DNA of 63,654 bases, filler included, from Octopus bimaculoides (lineage: Eukaryota): the NCBI RefSeq assembly GCF_001194135.2. It is 5 parts of 5 records of this genome, joined end to end, with 100 filler letters (N's around TTAATTAATTAA, not from the genome) between each part and the next. Parts side by side here need not be neighbours in the genome. Positions count along the whole stretch, not along the records: positions 1 to 8,855 come from NC_069002.1; positions 8,956 to 38,789 come from NC_068987.1; 3 more parts are not named here. One strand, written 5' to 3'. Both the position numbers and the translations under genes were made by a program. Below are positions 1 through 13,448 of the stretch, piece after piece. Each line of letters opens with the position of its first letter. Position 1 is the first letter of the stretch. Below the pieces are notes generated by a model, which ran no database searches, was not told where the DNA came from, and saw only the letters and a list, made by a program, of their open reading frames with translations.

Positions 1-348
1 TACATACGTCAAGATCACCAGCAGTCTACCTCCCACACACAGCCCCTCGTTCCCGATCACCGTTCGTTATCTCCCCCTTTCTTAGCTCTCCTGAAATAAG
101 AATTTCTAACTTCCGGTCAGTCATTGTTATGATCGGCCATTATTATGATTGACCGTTGACTGAACACTATTCAATTTTTTTTCTCCGTGTTTTTCTCCTT
201 GTCTCCGTATTCTTTCTGTTGAAGAGCGTAGCTCGAAACGTCAAAGACTTTCCGTATTCCCGAGCGTCATACTAATATATACTTTTGTTATTTACACCAC
301 CTGTCCTCGTCTGTTGTTATTTTTTGTATATTCTCCCATATATATATA
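1..348 (+). mobile_element. Penelope-like terminal-repeat (pLTR-type) fragment carrying a minimal hammerhead, ending in (TA)n
   Basis: HHR fold at 211-247. The downstream segment (gagcgtc..actaata, gtcctcgt.tgttgtt, then (TA)n) matches the minus-strand element at 61188-61390. PLE assignment rests on the known association of minimal type I HHRs with PLE terminal repeats. Confidence 0.6.
211..247 (+). ncRNA. Minimal type I hammerhead ribozyme-like motif, variant core CUGUUGA
   Basis: Stem I TCTTT(211-215)/AAAGA(243-247); core CTGTTGA 216-222; A; stem II GAGC-GTA-GCTC 224-234; GAAA 235-238; palindromic ACGT stem III; GUC triplet 240-242. Confidence 0.55.
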
Positions 349-1179
349 GTAGCAGTAATATACTATTGTATTAAGCCAACATTATATTCACGGAAACCGG
401 AGGCTAACATATCAGCCATTCCGGCAATCTGATTTCTCATTCCAAAATAATCATTGTCTGAAAATTTAATCGCAATGGAAAAAGTACATAACTGGGAAGA
501 TTTTCTAAGAAAATATGCCGCTGAGAAATTAGTATCTTAATGTATATCAAAGACTTTTATTGTATTTATTCATTCCTATATTTCAGTCGACATATTGATA
601 TTATAATTAAGATAAGAGACCTGAAATATATTCAAATATCAACGGCATTGGCAACGCATCCAAAGTGTATTTATCGCTAACAAATCTTTGTCGAAGCGAA
701 GTAATATTTTTTCATGAACAATATCTTATCGTTTTCTTTTATTTTTTATTTTTACCCGTTATTCCCTGCATTTAACTTCTCATCTTCCTATGTTTTTCTT
801 CTGTACACTCTCTCCCTCTCTCTCCCTCTCTCTCCCTCTCTCTGTCTCTCTAAATACATATATATGTGTGCGTGCGAGTGCGTGCGTATANNNNNNNNNN
901 NNNNNNNNNNNNNNNNNNNNNNNNNNNNNNNNNNNNNNNNNNNNNNNNNNNNNNNNNNNNNNNNNNNNNNNNNNNNNNNNNNNNNNNNNNNNNNNNNNNN
1001 NNNNNNNNNNNNNNNNNNNNNNNNNNNNNNNNNNNNNNNNNNNNNNNNNNNNNNNNNNNNNNNNNNNNNNNNNNNNNNNNNNNNNNNNNNNNATATATAT
1101 GAATAATATATAAATATATGCATATATCCATACATATATGTACATACCTACATCTATATGTATACATATATGCATATAT

Positions 1180-1335
1180 GGGTACAGGACATCACAAAAA
1201 ACATTTAACACAATGAGAAACGAAAACAGAAAACGAACTTTTTTCGAACAACGAAAACAACAGAGAAACGAGACATGCAACATAAAGAATATTTCCCTTC
1301 GTCAGTAACCCTGTCCATCTACTCCGCGTACGCAA
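1180..1335 (-). mobile_element. Fragment of non-autonomous repeat family D
   Basis: gggtacaggacatcacaaaaa...gaacaacga...cataaagaa...cccttc.tcagt...atctactccgcgt is shared with 44670-45150, 59340-59770 and 60066-60115; abuts (TA)-rich repeats. Confidence 0.55.
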
Positions 1336-1384
1336 GTAAACATTAGAGAAACTCACTATTCGAGTTTCATGTCAGTGCAATTTT

Positions 1385-1545
1385 CCAGCCCGTCGCTACT
1401 TTCTGAGTTCAAATTCCGCCGAGGTCGACTTTGCCTATCGTTCTTTCAGAGATCGATAAATTAAGTACCTGTTGCGTACTGGGGTTGATCTAGTCGACCG
1501 GTCCCCTCCTCCAAACAGTTCGGGCCTTGTGCCTAGAATAGAAAA
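1385..1545 (+). mobile_element. tRNA-derived SINE family B, 3' part
   Basis: ttctgagttcaaattccgccgaggtcgactttgcc...gataaattaagtacc...ctggggttgatc matches copies at 26562-26789, 54790-54978 and 57315-57525. Confidence 0.75.
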
Positions 1546-2559
1546 TAATATATTCGTTGGTGTGGATGCCGTTGTTTGCCGGCGCAACATTCAATTATTT
1601 GCTTTATATCTTTGTTGATTGTCAACTATCTGACTGCCTTATTACTGCATAATTTTTATTGAACACACCGACACACATATATGTGTGGTGGGGGAAAACT
1701 CAAATCTGTGGTGAAGTCTGACACAAGAGTATTTCATATATACTTAAAATATACTGGATACATGTTGAACGCATTACATTCCAACTGACGTAATGTGAGA
1801 CATAGTAATATTTCTATGTGGAACTGTGAAATGGTAACTGCAGTGAAGCCCATGGGAATGTAGTGCATATCATGCAAAATGTACAAACTTGTCACACATT
1901 GTATGATACTGATCCTGCCTTGAATTATATTAAATGCACATATGTGTGTGGAGTACTCAACCACACACACGTTAATTTAATAAACAGGTAATTCAGCTGA
2001 TCGAAAAACTGAGTCTTTATCGTCGCAACCGACGCAGATTCATTATTATAATTACTATATACAACAATCCATATATACAGTCCGAATGCATTATACATAA
2101 ATACACACACACACACACACATGCGTACACACACATGTACCCATACCATAAACACACATGCACAGATAGATATGTATGTACTTATGTATATATGTATATA
2201 GTTATCTATGTGTAATGCATACACATAATAAATGCCCATATAAGTTAGTGTGTGCATACCTGCGCCCGCGCAATTGTGTTTTTGCATGTTAAAATATAGC
2301 TATATATACAGATATATGAATTATTATCACTCAATGTTAATATACTTTTGTATTAATTAGGTTTAATGGTGATTCTGTCAATAGGAAATGTGCAATTAGG
2401 TATATAATGCACAATATTCTGGTGTGAACATATATTTTGCCAAATTATCTCTCATTTTGTTTACTTTTAGTTAAATTAACGTACATATTCTTTGAAATTA
2501 TAGACATATCTGGACTTAATATTCTGCTGCTTGCAAATCTCAAATTCAGATTTTAGATG

Positions 2560-3520
2560 AGGATACAGCTATTGACAAATGGTTACCTGGTTTAGGCTAA
2601 TGTTAAATTCGGGTTCAGGCAAGTTCGAATCCAGGAAGCGATCTTGTTGAAACCCGCAGATATCTCTACGATAATGAAGCAAGCCATCGTTGGTACAATA
2701 AAAAAATCCAAATGCAAATACGATTGTTGTAAGGGCTGACTTTTTTTTAATTAACAACCAAATTAACCAATTATGTAACACAAGAACATTAGGTGATCTT
2801 GTTAATTGGCAGGATTGTGGGCAAAGCATCCAATTATAAGAAATCGGTTGCCAAAGAAATATATAAAAAAAAACAGGCTCGTATTATGCGTAACAGCCCG
2901 TGATTTCAACTTGTCTGCCATTACCTGTTTGTCAACTTTTAGGACTACCTGGAAAGTGAATTCACCTGAAATGCACAATCTTCGCAGTAAAAGAAGTTCC
3001 CATAGTGGTGATAAGGGTAACTATAGTTGCTACTTGGAGTTGTGTATTATAGGTTATATTTACAGAAACTCATATAAAAGAAACCACAAATCTTCAGCAC
3101 CTTCAGTAATATAAAGTAAAATCTACCATGTTCCGTACAGATGAGACAATGTGACAATATTCAGCCTGATGATACTTATGTACAACGAAGTCAGTAATGG
3201 TCTCAGCAAAAAAAGGATTTGAAAGTGTAGAACCACGGGACAGAAGCAACTGAATTTGGAAGTCAAATTAATCGATTGTTGACAAAGGAAAGAAAAGACA
3301 CTGTTTGAAAGAACTCAATATAACGAAATCTTTCATTGAGGTTATTGAATTAGCTTGTTGGACCGAAATAACAACAGAATAGCCCATCTCAATGTGCTTT
3401 CATACTCACTGTCTGTTAGAACAGTTTTCTTCCAAGAAATTTACCACAGCGAATGTCTTTCCTCGTTTGATTCTACTCGAAGAAATTAAATGTAAATTTA
3501 CACAATATATTTTAATAACC
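2560..3520 (+). pseudogene. Decayed hAT (Charlie/Buster-like) transposase
   Basis: Broken frames give KFGF, AKHPIIRNRLP (cf. AKKPHTIGE.LILP), TDET and HTHCLLEQFSSKKF (cf. THC.LHR.ALASK.L) in the expected order. Confidence 0.45.
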
Positions 3521-3685
3521 ACTGCTTGGCATGATTTTTAGTCATTTATTCCGCTTGACAAAACTTTGCACACGCCTGAAAATTTATTATTTGCTGGTTA
3601 CATATAAGAATGGTAATACTTAGGTGGGTTAGGAACGGTGAAATCGGTAATTATAGCTGATAAAGCGTAACGAGGTAAAAATATG

Positions 3686-3830
3686 TGACTCCACAGCTCA
3701 GCTATCTGACTCCACAGCTCAGCTATCTGACTCCACAGCTCAGCTATCTGACTCCACAACTCAGCTATCTGACTCCACAGCTCAGCTATCTGACTCCACA
3801 GCTCAGCTATCAGACTCTACATCTTAGCTC
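3686..3830. repeat. 21-bp minisatellite (TGACTCCACAGCTCAGCTATC) x6 plus one degenerate unit
   Basis: Six contiguous units 3686-3811, one substitution in unit 4; degenerate agactctacatcttagctc follows. Confidence 0.95.
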
Positions 3831-4419
3831 ATTATAGCATTGTCTAAAAAAGGAATTCCAAATAAGTTACTGCAGCAAATGTATTTCCATGTTTAAGTGT
3901 ACACGACCGTGTTAAACATAAATGTAAGCAGCTTTATATTAAATTGATATTTCCAGGGCGTCAGTCAGTAAGTTTTAAACAACAAATTCTATTTTAGTAT
4001 ACGACATAATTACTGTCATACACACACACAACACATACAGCTATAAAGATTGCATAAAGGCACGCATCCACACATAGGTATATATACTATACACGTACAC
4101 ACATACATATAGCTACACACACATGCATATAATATAGTAGACTATGCGTGGAATATACACCTATATGAGTATATGTTATATAGACTACCCGCAAATATAT
4201 GCACACATGAACATACAGATACGTATGCACATCTCTCCATACATATCACATACTAGTACACATACACACATTGCTGTGCGTATCACACATAGGTACATAT
4301 GCATATGCATTCAAAATGAAAATTGGTAGCATGCTTTCACTTTTAATCACTGCAACTTGCTTCTGGTTCCGCTTCCGCCATAATATAAAGATAAAGTCCA
4401 AAGGACAACGTATATATGC

Positions 4420-4480
4420 GTGCGTGTGTATGTTTGTGCGTGTTTACGTGCATGCGTTCGTGTGTGTGTATGTATTTATG

Positions 4481-4520
<40 letters not shown>

Positions 4521-4650
4521 ATACACATACACACCAGCATAAATCTGTAGATGGATAGATAGATAGATAGATACATAGATAGATACATGCATACATACAT
4601 ACATACATACATACATACATACATACATACATACATACATACATACATCC
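4420..4650. repeat. Compound microsatellite (TG)n/(TA)n/(GATA)n/(TACA)n
   Basis: Directly visible; representative of dozens of such tracts in the window. Confidence 0.95.
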
Positions 4651-5614
4651 TCACAGACATTGTTTTCTCTTTTCATATATATCTATGACAGAAATTAATA
4701 ACGCCCTGTTGAAGGCATCATGATAAATCACGTGTTTCCACCTTTCCGTCATAAATCTATATTTTATTATTTGCAACTCAAAAGTTCCAACCACGATTTA
4801 CGGATCCTTTTACGCATTCGGACGTAGGGTTTCATTCGCGTGTCAGATTTGTTATACATACATCGATCACAAGGATAAACTCAGGTGGTAAATGTTTTTT
4901 CGGGGAGTGGGTAGAGGTCTTCTGAATTTTTAACTAACGGCATTTTGTGTATAACACACTGGCCCTTAAATAACCATGGCTTTGTATTTGAATATTCTGG
5001 CGGTAGATATATTTTGCTGAACTATGTACCGTCTGCCGTCTAGTAGAAAATATTTTGATATTTGCCATATCTATTGTGTTTATGCTGCCGTGCTAGAGGT
5101 GTTGTTTTCATTTTATGAGTTATTAATTACATTATTACAACAAGTATGCTCAGCAATAATTGATTGATGCTTAAAATAATGATTTAATTATCCGCGTAGT
5201 TTATTTTTTGTCCGAATTCATTTGTAATGTAGAAATATGTCAAATCATTACACGTTCCTACACGCAATTTGATAGATACGTTTTTTTTTCTATTCGTATA
5301 GCATCCAAGATGAATATTAAGTATATTTTAACTCGTTAGTGTTTTTCCTTATGTATTTGTGAATTTAATTCTTTTTATTACTTCCTTGTTTTCCTTCTCT
5401 TCTTTGTATTCATTATTGCAAACTCTACTGAAGTACTTATGGTTCTACTTTTTCAATATGTATTTTCTTCACCGTTTTTGACAATTTAAAATTGGTTTCC
5501 TTGACTACTGCTTTTGTATACAAGCGATATTTTAAAGTGTGTTACTGGTGTCACTTCCAGTGAAATCATAAGAATGAACCTGAAGCCAAATAGCTGTTTC
5601 GTACTAAGTTTACG

Positions 5615-6045
5615 ATAACATCGATACTCTCTCCAACGCTACATCATTTGTGTGATGTGAAAAATATTCCATCAATATTGCACAAATGATGCTGGCATCA
5701 ATTTTAGAATCCATCTCAGACTTGGCCCTCGCAATCCGCCTACCCGCCTGCTACAAAGATCGAACTCAGGACACATAATAACATTACGCCACAACTACTT
5801 TATCTCAACCGGTGTAGCTCTCTTTAATATCATATCAAAATGCGTCAAAAGGGAAACGGATCCCATAAAATTCAAAAGTTCACGGGACAAATTTCTTCAA
5901 AAAATCTCGGACCAACATCCAACAATAATAACTGTTTGCTAGAGTGGGCTATAGTGCCTTATATATCACTAAAACACTTCACCAGGTGGTGATATTAAGT
6001 TAGACATAGCCTGGGTCTATACTAGCCTAAACCTATCAAAGTTAT
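5615..6045 (+). mobile_element. CR1-clade LINE 3' end
   Basis: Encodes YSLQR..RY, HLRLGPR, HNYFIS-like residues and a 3' UTR (caggtggtg..attaag.tagac) matching the reverse complement of 11245-11740. Confidence 0.75.
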
Positions 6046-7379
6046 ATGCACGGGTGTTGAAGGAGCCACTAAACATACGCCTATACATACATATACATAC
6101 TTGTATACATATGCACATTCATATACTGATGTATACAGTGATATGCTAACTACTACTTATGTACGAATAAAAACATATATGTACATGTACAATAACACAT
6201 TCATATTTTTATATAATGTTCTATCTTATATCTTATATAATGTTCTATCTTATTTTATATAATGTTCTATCTTACCACAACCGGTTAGTTTAAGGTGTTT
6301 CATGGTGTCAACTTGGCTCTAGTTTGGTAACTCGTTCATCTAGATCGGTGTATCTTTTGAAAAGCATTGTGTGTGTGTGTGTGCGTGAGTGTGTGTGTGC
6401 GTGAGTGTGTGTGTGAATAATGGACATAATGAGCTGTCTGAAGTCTATGTAGAAATGCTTGAAATACATAAAGTATGCATTAACTGCTTACGTGACACAA
6501 AAGTCATAAACGGTTAACCTAATATATATATATATATATTATTGCTACTAATTTTATCAACCTTGAAATCTATGAAAGCAAAGGCAAACTGAATTGAGTC
6601 TTTGTTGAGAATATTCAGGAAAAACCTAAACATAATTCTTTTTAAACCGACAATTAAACGGTAATCTATCTTAAACAAGGTAAAGAATAAAATTGTTTCA
6701 CGGGCTTAGAGTCAAGTAGACCTGCGCAGCAGTTATAAATATTTATTGAGGTCCTGCTGAAACTATCTCATCGTTTTTGAGAGGTATCACTAAGTATTAT
6801 ATAGAGCAAATGCATCATACTTATGAGACGGTGTGTGTGATCGAAGGGAGTCTTAGCAGCTATTTCTATTTGGTTGAGCCACCATGTGACGAACTCTTGG
6901 TGTCAATAATCTAAATAGTAGAAGACAAGAAATGGCTGACTTGGAATAACATCGGACAAATTTTTTTCCCGCATTTATTATTGTTGATTAAGTTCTGATT
7001 TCAAATCAGGTCGGGCTCAACATTGTTTTTCATCGTTCCTACGTAATAGAAGACGGTACCAGTGAAATACGCGGGTCGATATATTTTACCGCCCTGTGTT
7101 TATGCTAGAAATACCAATATTGTATTGAAATCATTCATTCACTGATATACAAGATATTTGGTTTTGTGCCTGTTTGAAAGAAATATGCTGTAGTCAGCGA
7201 AATAGAATTACTTTTAATTTCGGTTAAAATAAAAACTAAAATGAAAAAGTGAAAACTTTTACTCACTTTTACAGCCTCATGAAAGATGCTTTCTGATAGG
7301 TCTCTTGGTTTATTTAAAATAAGAACGAAATAAAGTAAAACAGCGAAAGCAGAAAGAAATCAAAGAATATATAGTTTAT

Positions 7380-7730
7380 TTGGAAAATTGATGCAGTCGA
7401 CAAGAAATTAGTTTCTTATGGAACCATTGATCATAATCGATTTTCTGGAAGATATTGCAGTAATGGCGACAAGTATTACTGAAATACAACACAGATTGGA
7501 ATAACATTCGAGGTCGGCTTCTTATCAGAAAAGGCAAAGCTATGCAAACAAAAAAAGAGTAAAGACCAAAAAAATAAATAAAATAAATAAATAAATAAAA
7601 AAACGAAGAAAAGAAATTAAATTTCCACCATCTTCCGATAAGAAATTTTATAAGCTATCAACAAACTCTTTGTAATATAAGTACAATGTTTCCCTTCGAA
7701 AAAATATCGAAGTGATTAACTCTATCATAT
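7380..7730 (+). pseudogene. Highly decayed mariner-like transposase fragment
   Basis: IIIDFLED and NGDKYY resemble the mariner GIILIDYLEKG.TING.YY block; the rest is barely alignable. Confidence 0.3.
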
Positions 7731-8236
7731 GTAATTTCTGATGAGTTGCAGATGGCTAAGCTGACAATCTGCATCTTACAGCAAACAAAAGTATCAGAGG
7801 GTCATATTACATTTCAAGGTGTTTAGTTGGGCCTAAGTTTTTTGTTGTTATTATATCGAAAGGCTCTGATATTTTGTTGGTTTAAATCGAATCCGTGTTT
7901 GACTGGTACCGAAAGGGGACCACGACAAGAATTGAACATCGAACATATGTTCGGAAGAACTGTTACTCGGCTTTTTTTCTAGTGTGCCAACGACTCTGCC
8001 AGTTCATTATGTTAGTTTTATCTAATTTATACAAGTTCACGTTACTGTAAATATTTTCTGTGATAAGCCGAAACTTGATATATAACAGTTGAACAAGGAA
8101 ACAGTTTTTTTTTCATGGAAGTTCTGACTTTCAATATTTGTTTGTGTATATGTGTGTACGTGTATGTATATATTTACATGTGTGCGTGTGTGTGTGTGTG
8201 TGTGAGTGAGTGTGTGTGTGTGTGAGNNNNNNNNNN

Positions 8237-8273
<37 letters not shown>

Positions 8274-8639
8274 AAGTGATTTTGGTGGGAAATATTATCC
8301 AAGCGGTTACCGTGTTAGCTCTTTGTTTGGTTCCAGATGCCGGCTAACCACAACGGTCTGTATCCAATGTCCGTGCCTACAACAAGTTGTTAGTCATTGG
8401 TGAATTCTTCAGTTGGACAATTACGTACGTCCTACTCAGTACTGTGAAGGTTCTTTAATGTGTGTAATAATATTAATTATAATAATAAGGAGTATGGGTA
8501 CTTGCCCTTCCATAATATTTATTTTAGCTATATTTCCAAAATGAAAGAAGCGCGTAAAACATGTGTGTGTGTGTGTGTGAGAGTATGTGTATGTGTATGC
8601 TGAGTGAGAGAGAGAGAGAGAGTACCTTTGTACCTGCAT

Positions 8640-8835
8640 TTGTTCACCATCACCGCTTTAAATCGGTGTTGGTTTATTTACATCCCCGTAACTTAGCAGT
8701 TCGACAAAAAGACAACATAATAAGTAACGGGCTTAACAAAAGTAACTACTGGAGTAGATTTGTTCGACTAAAATTTTTCGAAGCGATGAACCAGTATGAC
8801 CGCAATCTAGTGACTGAAACAACCACAAGGAAATA
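8640..8835 (+). mobile_element. SINE family A, 3' half
   Basis: ggtgttggtttatttacatccccgtaacttagcagttcgacaaaaagac...gatttgttcgactaaa matches 22755-22870. Confidence 0.65.
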
Positions 8836-8855
8836 GATTATATATATATATATAT

Positions 8856-8955
8856 NNNNNNNNNNNNNNNNNNNNNNNNNNNNNNNNNNNNNNNNNNNNT
8901 TAATTAATTAANNNNNNNNNNNNNNNNNNNNNNNNNNNNNNNNNNNNNNNNNNNN
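8856..8955. other. Artificial scaffold join: 44 N + TTAATTAATTAA + 44 N
   Basis: Exactly 100 bp; the 12-mer is palindromic and has stops in all six frames; identical at four places. Confidence 0.95.
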
Positions 8956-9762
8956 TATATATATATATACATACATACATACATACATACATGCATACAT
9001 ACATAGCTTAGTTTGCATGTCAGTCACAGATGTAATGGAAATACGGCTTTCTATTTGTGTGATGACATTTTTAGGTTTCTGTGTTTACTTTACTATGTAT
9101 GCGTTGATGCGTCTGTGCCTGTTGTTCTGGGTGTGAGTCTATGTGTTATGTGTCTATGCATGTGTATACCTGCCTCTGTTTGTGTTTGTGTGCGTGTGTG
9201 TGCTAGTGTGTGTGTGTGTGTGTTTGTGTATTTAAGTACGTGAGTGTATGTGCGTATTTGTATGTACCTAAGTATGTATGTGTGTGTGTTTTACAGAAAA
9301 TGACTCGATCTTTCATTCTTTGAAGTGTTTCGGTCAGAAATGTCAACCATTCGGATAAGCTGTTCCTCTCCCACTCTCTTGATGCCCCCCTCTTTCTCTC
9401 TCTCTCTCTCACTCTCTCACTAAAATTCTCAGCTCCCTTATCTCCTCATTTTCTCGTCCACATCTCCTTAGCTTTCCTTCTCACTTACCCTTACTCCCAC
9501 CTGACCCCCCCTCTCCAGCTTCTCATGTGTCTCCTGCTTCTCCTGCCACTACTCTGGTTCTAACTTCTCAACACCTTCTTGTCCTCAGGTGCTAGTCTAC
9601 CGTCTAAAGACACACAATGATGCTTCTTGAAAGGAGAAGAGACGTGGGTAGAAGGGTGGAATTTGGACAGAAAGTGAAAGTAACATAAGGTCTTGACATA
9701 AGACGTTGGAGTTTCAATGCGATTTAAGTGTTGGCAACAGAATATAAAGACCTGCAGCTATA

Positions 9763-9820
<58 letters not shown>

Positions 9821-10939
9821 NNNNNNNNNNNNNNNNNNNNNNNNNNNNNNNNNNNNNNNNNNNNNNNNNNNNNNNNNNNNNNNNNNNNNNNNNNNNNNNN
9901 NNNNNNNNNNNNNNNNNNNNNNNNNNNNNNNNNNNNNNNNNNNNNNNNNNNNNNNNNNNNNNNNNNNNNNNNNNNNNNNNNNNNNNNNNNNNNNNNNNNN
10001 NNNNNNNNNNNNNNNNNNNNNNNNNNNNNNNNNNNNNNNNNNNNNNNNNNNNNNNNNNNNNNNNNNNNNNNNNNNNNNNNNNNNNNNNNNNNNNNNNNNN
10101 NNNNNNNNNNNNNNNNNNNNNNNNNNNNNNNNNNNNNNNNNNNNNNNNNNNNNNNNNNNNNNNNNNNNNNNNNNNNNNNNNNNNNNNNNNNNNNNNNNNN
10201 NNNNNNNNNNNNNNNNNNNNNNNNNNNNNNNNNNNNNNNNNNNNNNNNNNNNNNNNNNNNNNNNNNNNNNNNNNNNNNNNNNNNNNNNNNNNNNNNNNNN
10301 NNNNNNNNNNNNNNNNNNNNNNNNNNNNNNNNNNNNNNNNNNNNNNNNNNNNNNNNNNNNNNNNNNNNNNNNNNNNNNNNNNNNNNNTATATATGCGTAC
10401 AGACACAAACTTGAAGATACATCTCAGGAAATCAAAATTCAGCATACACAAATACACTATGACACACCCAGAGAAACACTTCTACATGCACACATACACA
10501 CACTCACGCACATACAGATACATTGGCATTGCCCTACGTGGCATAAGTTATCCTCATATGACTAACTAAAAAAAAAAATAATAATCTTTCATACACACAA
10601 TCATTTAGCTATAAGTTCTTAACAATGACAATGTCCTTAAGAAGTAAGGTTCGGAATAGAATTTTCCAGGGTTCAATTCCACTGAGAAAATCTGGTACAA
10701 AACCTCCTCTATTGAATCTCAAAGACTTTTGAGAGAGATTTAGTGGTCAAAAATTCTGTGGAAAGCCTTTGGATGACCTTGCGATTTTGTCTTTGCGTGG
10801 TAGATTAAGGCGTTACCTTGATAAAACCACTAATGTTTGCTCGTGGCTTTCGCTAAAGAAGAAGGAAAAAAAAAGAGAAAATAAAAAAAAACTGGGTGGT
10901 ACTGTAAGAAAGTGAAGCTTGAAGAATATCTGTGTTTCG

Positions 10940-11240
10940 TAGCTTGAGAGTGAAACAGCTTTGGTATTTTGTCCCATTCTGCTGGGATTACAATATGAAT
11001 GACATTACAGGGGCCAGTAGGTGGAAGGCTAACCTGTTGGCGTTGGAGGCAGCAGAATTTGCTTCAAAGTGGTTGTAGATCAGGAAGGAGGTGCGGGACA
11101 TAAAAAAGGGCAATGCTACGAGGGGGTAGTACTAACAAGCTGGGATTTTGCTAACTCCAACTGGGTCACTTTGAAAGATACGAAACACCTAAAGAGTACA
11201 GGAAACTGATTGTGTGCCCAAGTGCACCACGTGATGAAAA
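10940..11240 (-). mobile_element. Decayed LINE ORF2 fragment (CR1/L2 group)
   Basis: Minus frames give NHFEANSAASNANRLAF, resembling the inter-domain region of CR1/L2-group ORF2; weak. Confidence 0.3.
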
Positions 11241-11244
11241 TAAA

Positions 11245-12340
11245 TACTTTGATATGTTTCAGCTAGTAGTGGCCTAAGCCACGTCTAGCTTAATGGCACC
11301 ACCTGACAACGTCATTCAAATCAGGAGGCGAACAACATGATGCACTCAAGTACAGAGTTATTGTTTACGGAAACATATCCAAATGTAACAAGTTTATCCG
11401 GGATTTTTTGAAGGAATTTGTCCAAAAATTTCTTGAACTTTATGGTGTCTGTCTGTCTCTGGTTTAATGTGTTTTTGGTGTAATGTTAAAGAGAGCGGGT
11501 CCAATTGAGGTAAAATAATTGTGCCGTAGTATTGTTATATGATGCGAATATAATTTTTGTTGTGGCCGTATAGCACGAGGCCCAAGCCTTGGGTGTACGT
11601 TAAAGGCGATGGCAACATCATTTGGGCAATGCTGGTGGAATATTTTCCATATCATGCAGATGATGTAGCGGCCACGGCGGCGCTGGAGAGAATAACGTTT
11701 GGGCTTTTCTAGTCGACCCCAATGGTCAAGGCCTGTCATGCCATTTATCTTTTTTTATCTTTGAGGTGCTTCAACATTCATGATACTGAGGAGACCACAG
11801 TGGACAACATTATTCAAGGTGGAGTCGGACAAAAATGGAGAAGACAAGGATAACGGTGTGTATGTCTCTCGACTGGAAAGTTCTGAGACTCCAGGAACAC
11901 ATTCTGCGGGCCATGTCAACTTTGCTCTTTATATGAGCGGCACAGATTATGTTGCTGTCCACAATTACTCCCAATTCTCTGATGTTGTTGGATGCCATGG
12001 GAGTTTCACCTGAAAGAAGGGAGTATGGGTGTTTCAGGATATTCTCTGTGGATTAACTCAAATTTGTCCTCGTTTAGAAGCATATTATTCTTTTCCGACA
12101 GCTAGTAGATCTGACTGAAGACATGCCTGGTCATCCGCTTCATTGATGATCTTCAGAATCCTGGAATCATCTGCGAAGTTTCTTATGTTACTGTGCTTGA
12201 TGATGTCAGTAATGCCAATGAGCTTGCCAGGGCCTGTGGCTAGAGTGGTCACTTAACTGGCCGATGATGCTCCAGGAGCCGGCAGGCTCAGCACCATGGG
12301 TTGGTGCCTTATCACATTGTTCAATTTGTACTGCGACGAG
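11245..12340 (-). mobile_element. CR1-clade LINE, RT C-terminal half and 3' UTR
   Basis: NFADDSRI (YADD-equivalent), LGVIVDSN...RMCSWSLRTFQSRD...EYCCPLWSP, YSLQRRRGRY..MIWKI, FTSIGPALFN. Confidence 0.9.
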
Positions 12341-12906
12341 CTTTTCTGTCCAGGAGGTTGTAACGGATGACCACTTTTGGAACAAATATAGCTATATAGG
12401 CAACATACAAAAATTGACTGGAATACTTTAGCGTATATTCGTACACACTGGCTTTATCAGTTCATTAACCTTCTTTAAAGACTACATCTAGAAGATCTAC
12501 TCTTTATACATGATGGCGGAAAAAGTGAGATTGGAATTTCGTCGATATCCTTTCACTCCAGCGGAAAAATAAACGTAAAAAAATAATACCTGTTTAGGAA
12601 TTTATACACTCACGAAAGTTTATCGAACATGAAGCTGAAGTAGCAATATGACAACCTTAAATGAAGGGCGAAATCTGAGAAAAAATCTGAAATTCTGTAG
12701 ATTTACCGACTCATGTTTAGAGTATTTTACATCGAAATATAGCAATATATAGAAAATTGCTGTGGAATCTGAGTGAAATATATTATTGAAATGAAGTTAT
12801 ATAAGAATTATGATCTCATTTACTGTGTCCATATATGAATATGATATAATATTATATATAGATAGATAGAAAGATAAATACATATACACTCTCTCTCTCT
12901 CTCTCG

Positions 12907-12949
<43 letters not shown>

Positions 12950-13239
12950 ATGTATATGTATGCGTGTATGTACAAATATATCTTAGGGTCCGCGCGCACG
13001 CGCCCCAAACACACACGTGCCTATATATTGATTTGTTATTCTACAGTCAAATTCTACAGTCAAAAGCTGTATTTTCATCAGAAATTTACTTTATTACAAA
13101 AACGATAATAAGAAAATTAATATTGTATGTACTTAATATCATACATCTGCAGACGTCAGTTTCGAGTTCTGAAATCTCTACAGTGCAGCAGATGTTAATA
13201 TTTAAATGATTATTTAAGTTGAAGTATATTTTGTATAGG

Positions 13240-13274
<35 letters not shown>

Positions 13275-13360
13275 ATATCTAGCTATTTCTATATATATTT
13301 ATTTATTTATTTTTATTTATGGGTTTCAGCCAAGTGGCTGCGGTCATGCTGGTGCACCAC

Positions 13361-13448
<88 letters not shown>

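Noticed and set aside
3686-3830. Possible CRISPR-like array
   Set aside because: Units are contiguous with no unique spacers, no cas genes are present, and the context is eukaryotic.
7736-7800. CTGATGA followed by a TGCAGAT/ATCTGCA hairpin
   Set aside because: No GAAA after the stem and no stem III or NUH; a plain hairpin.
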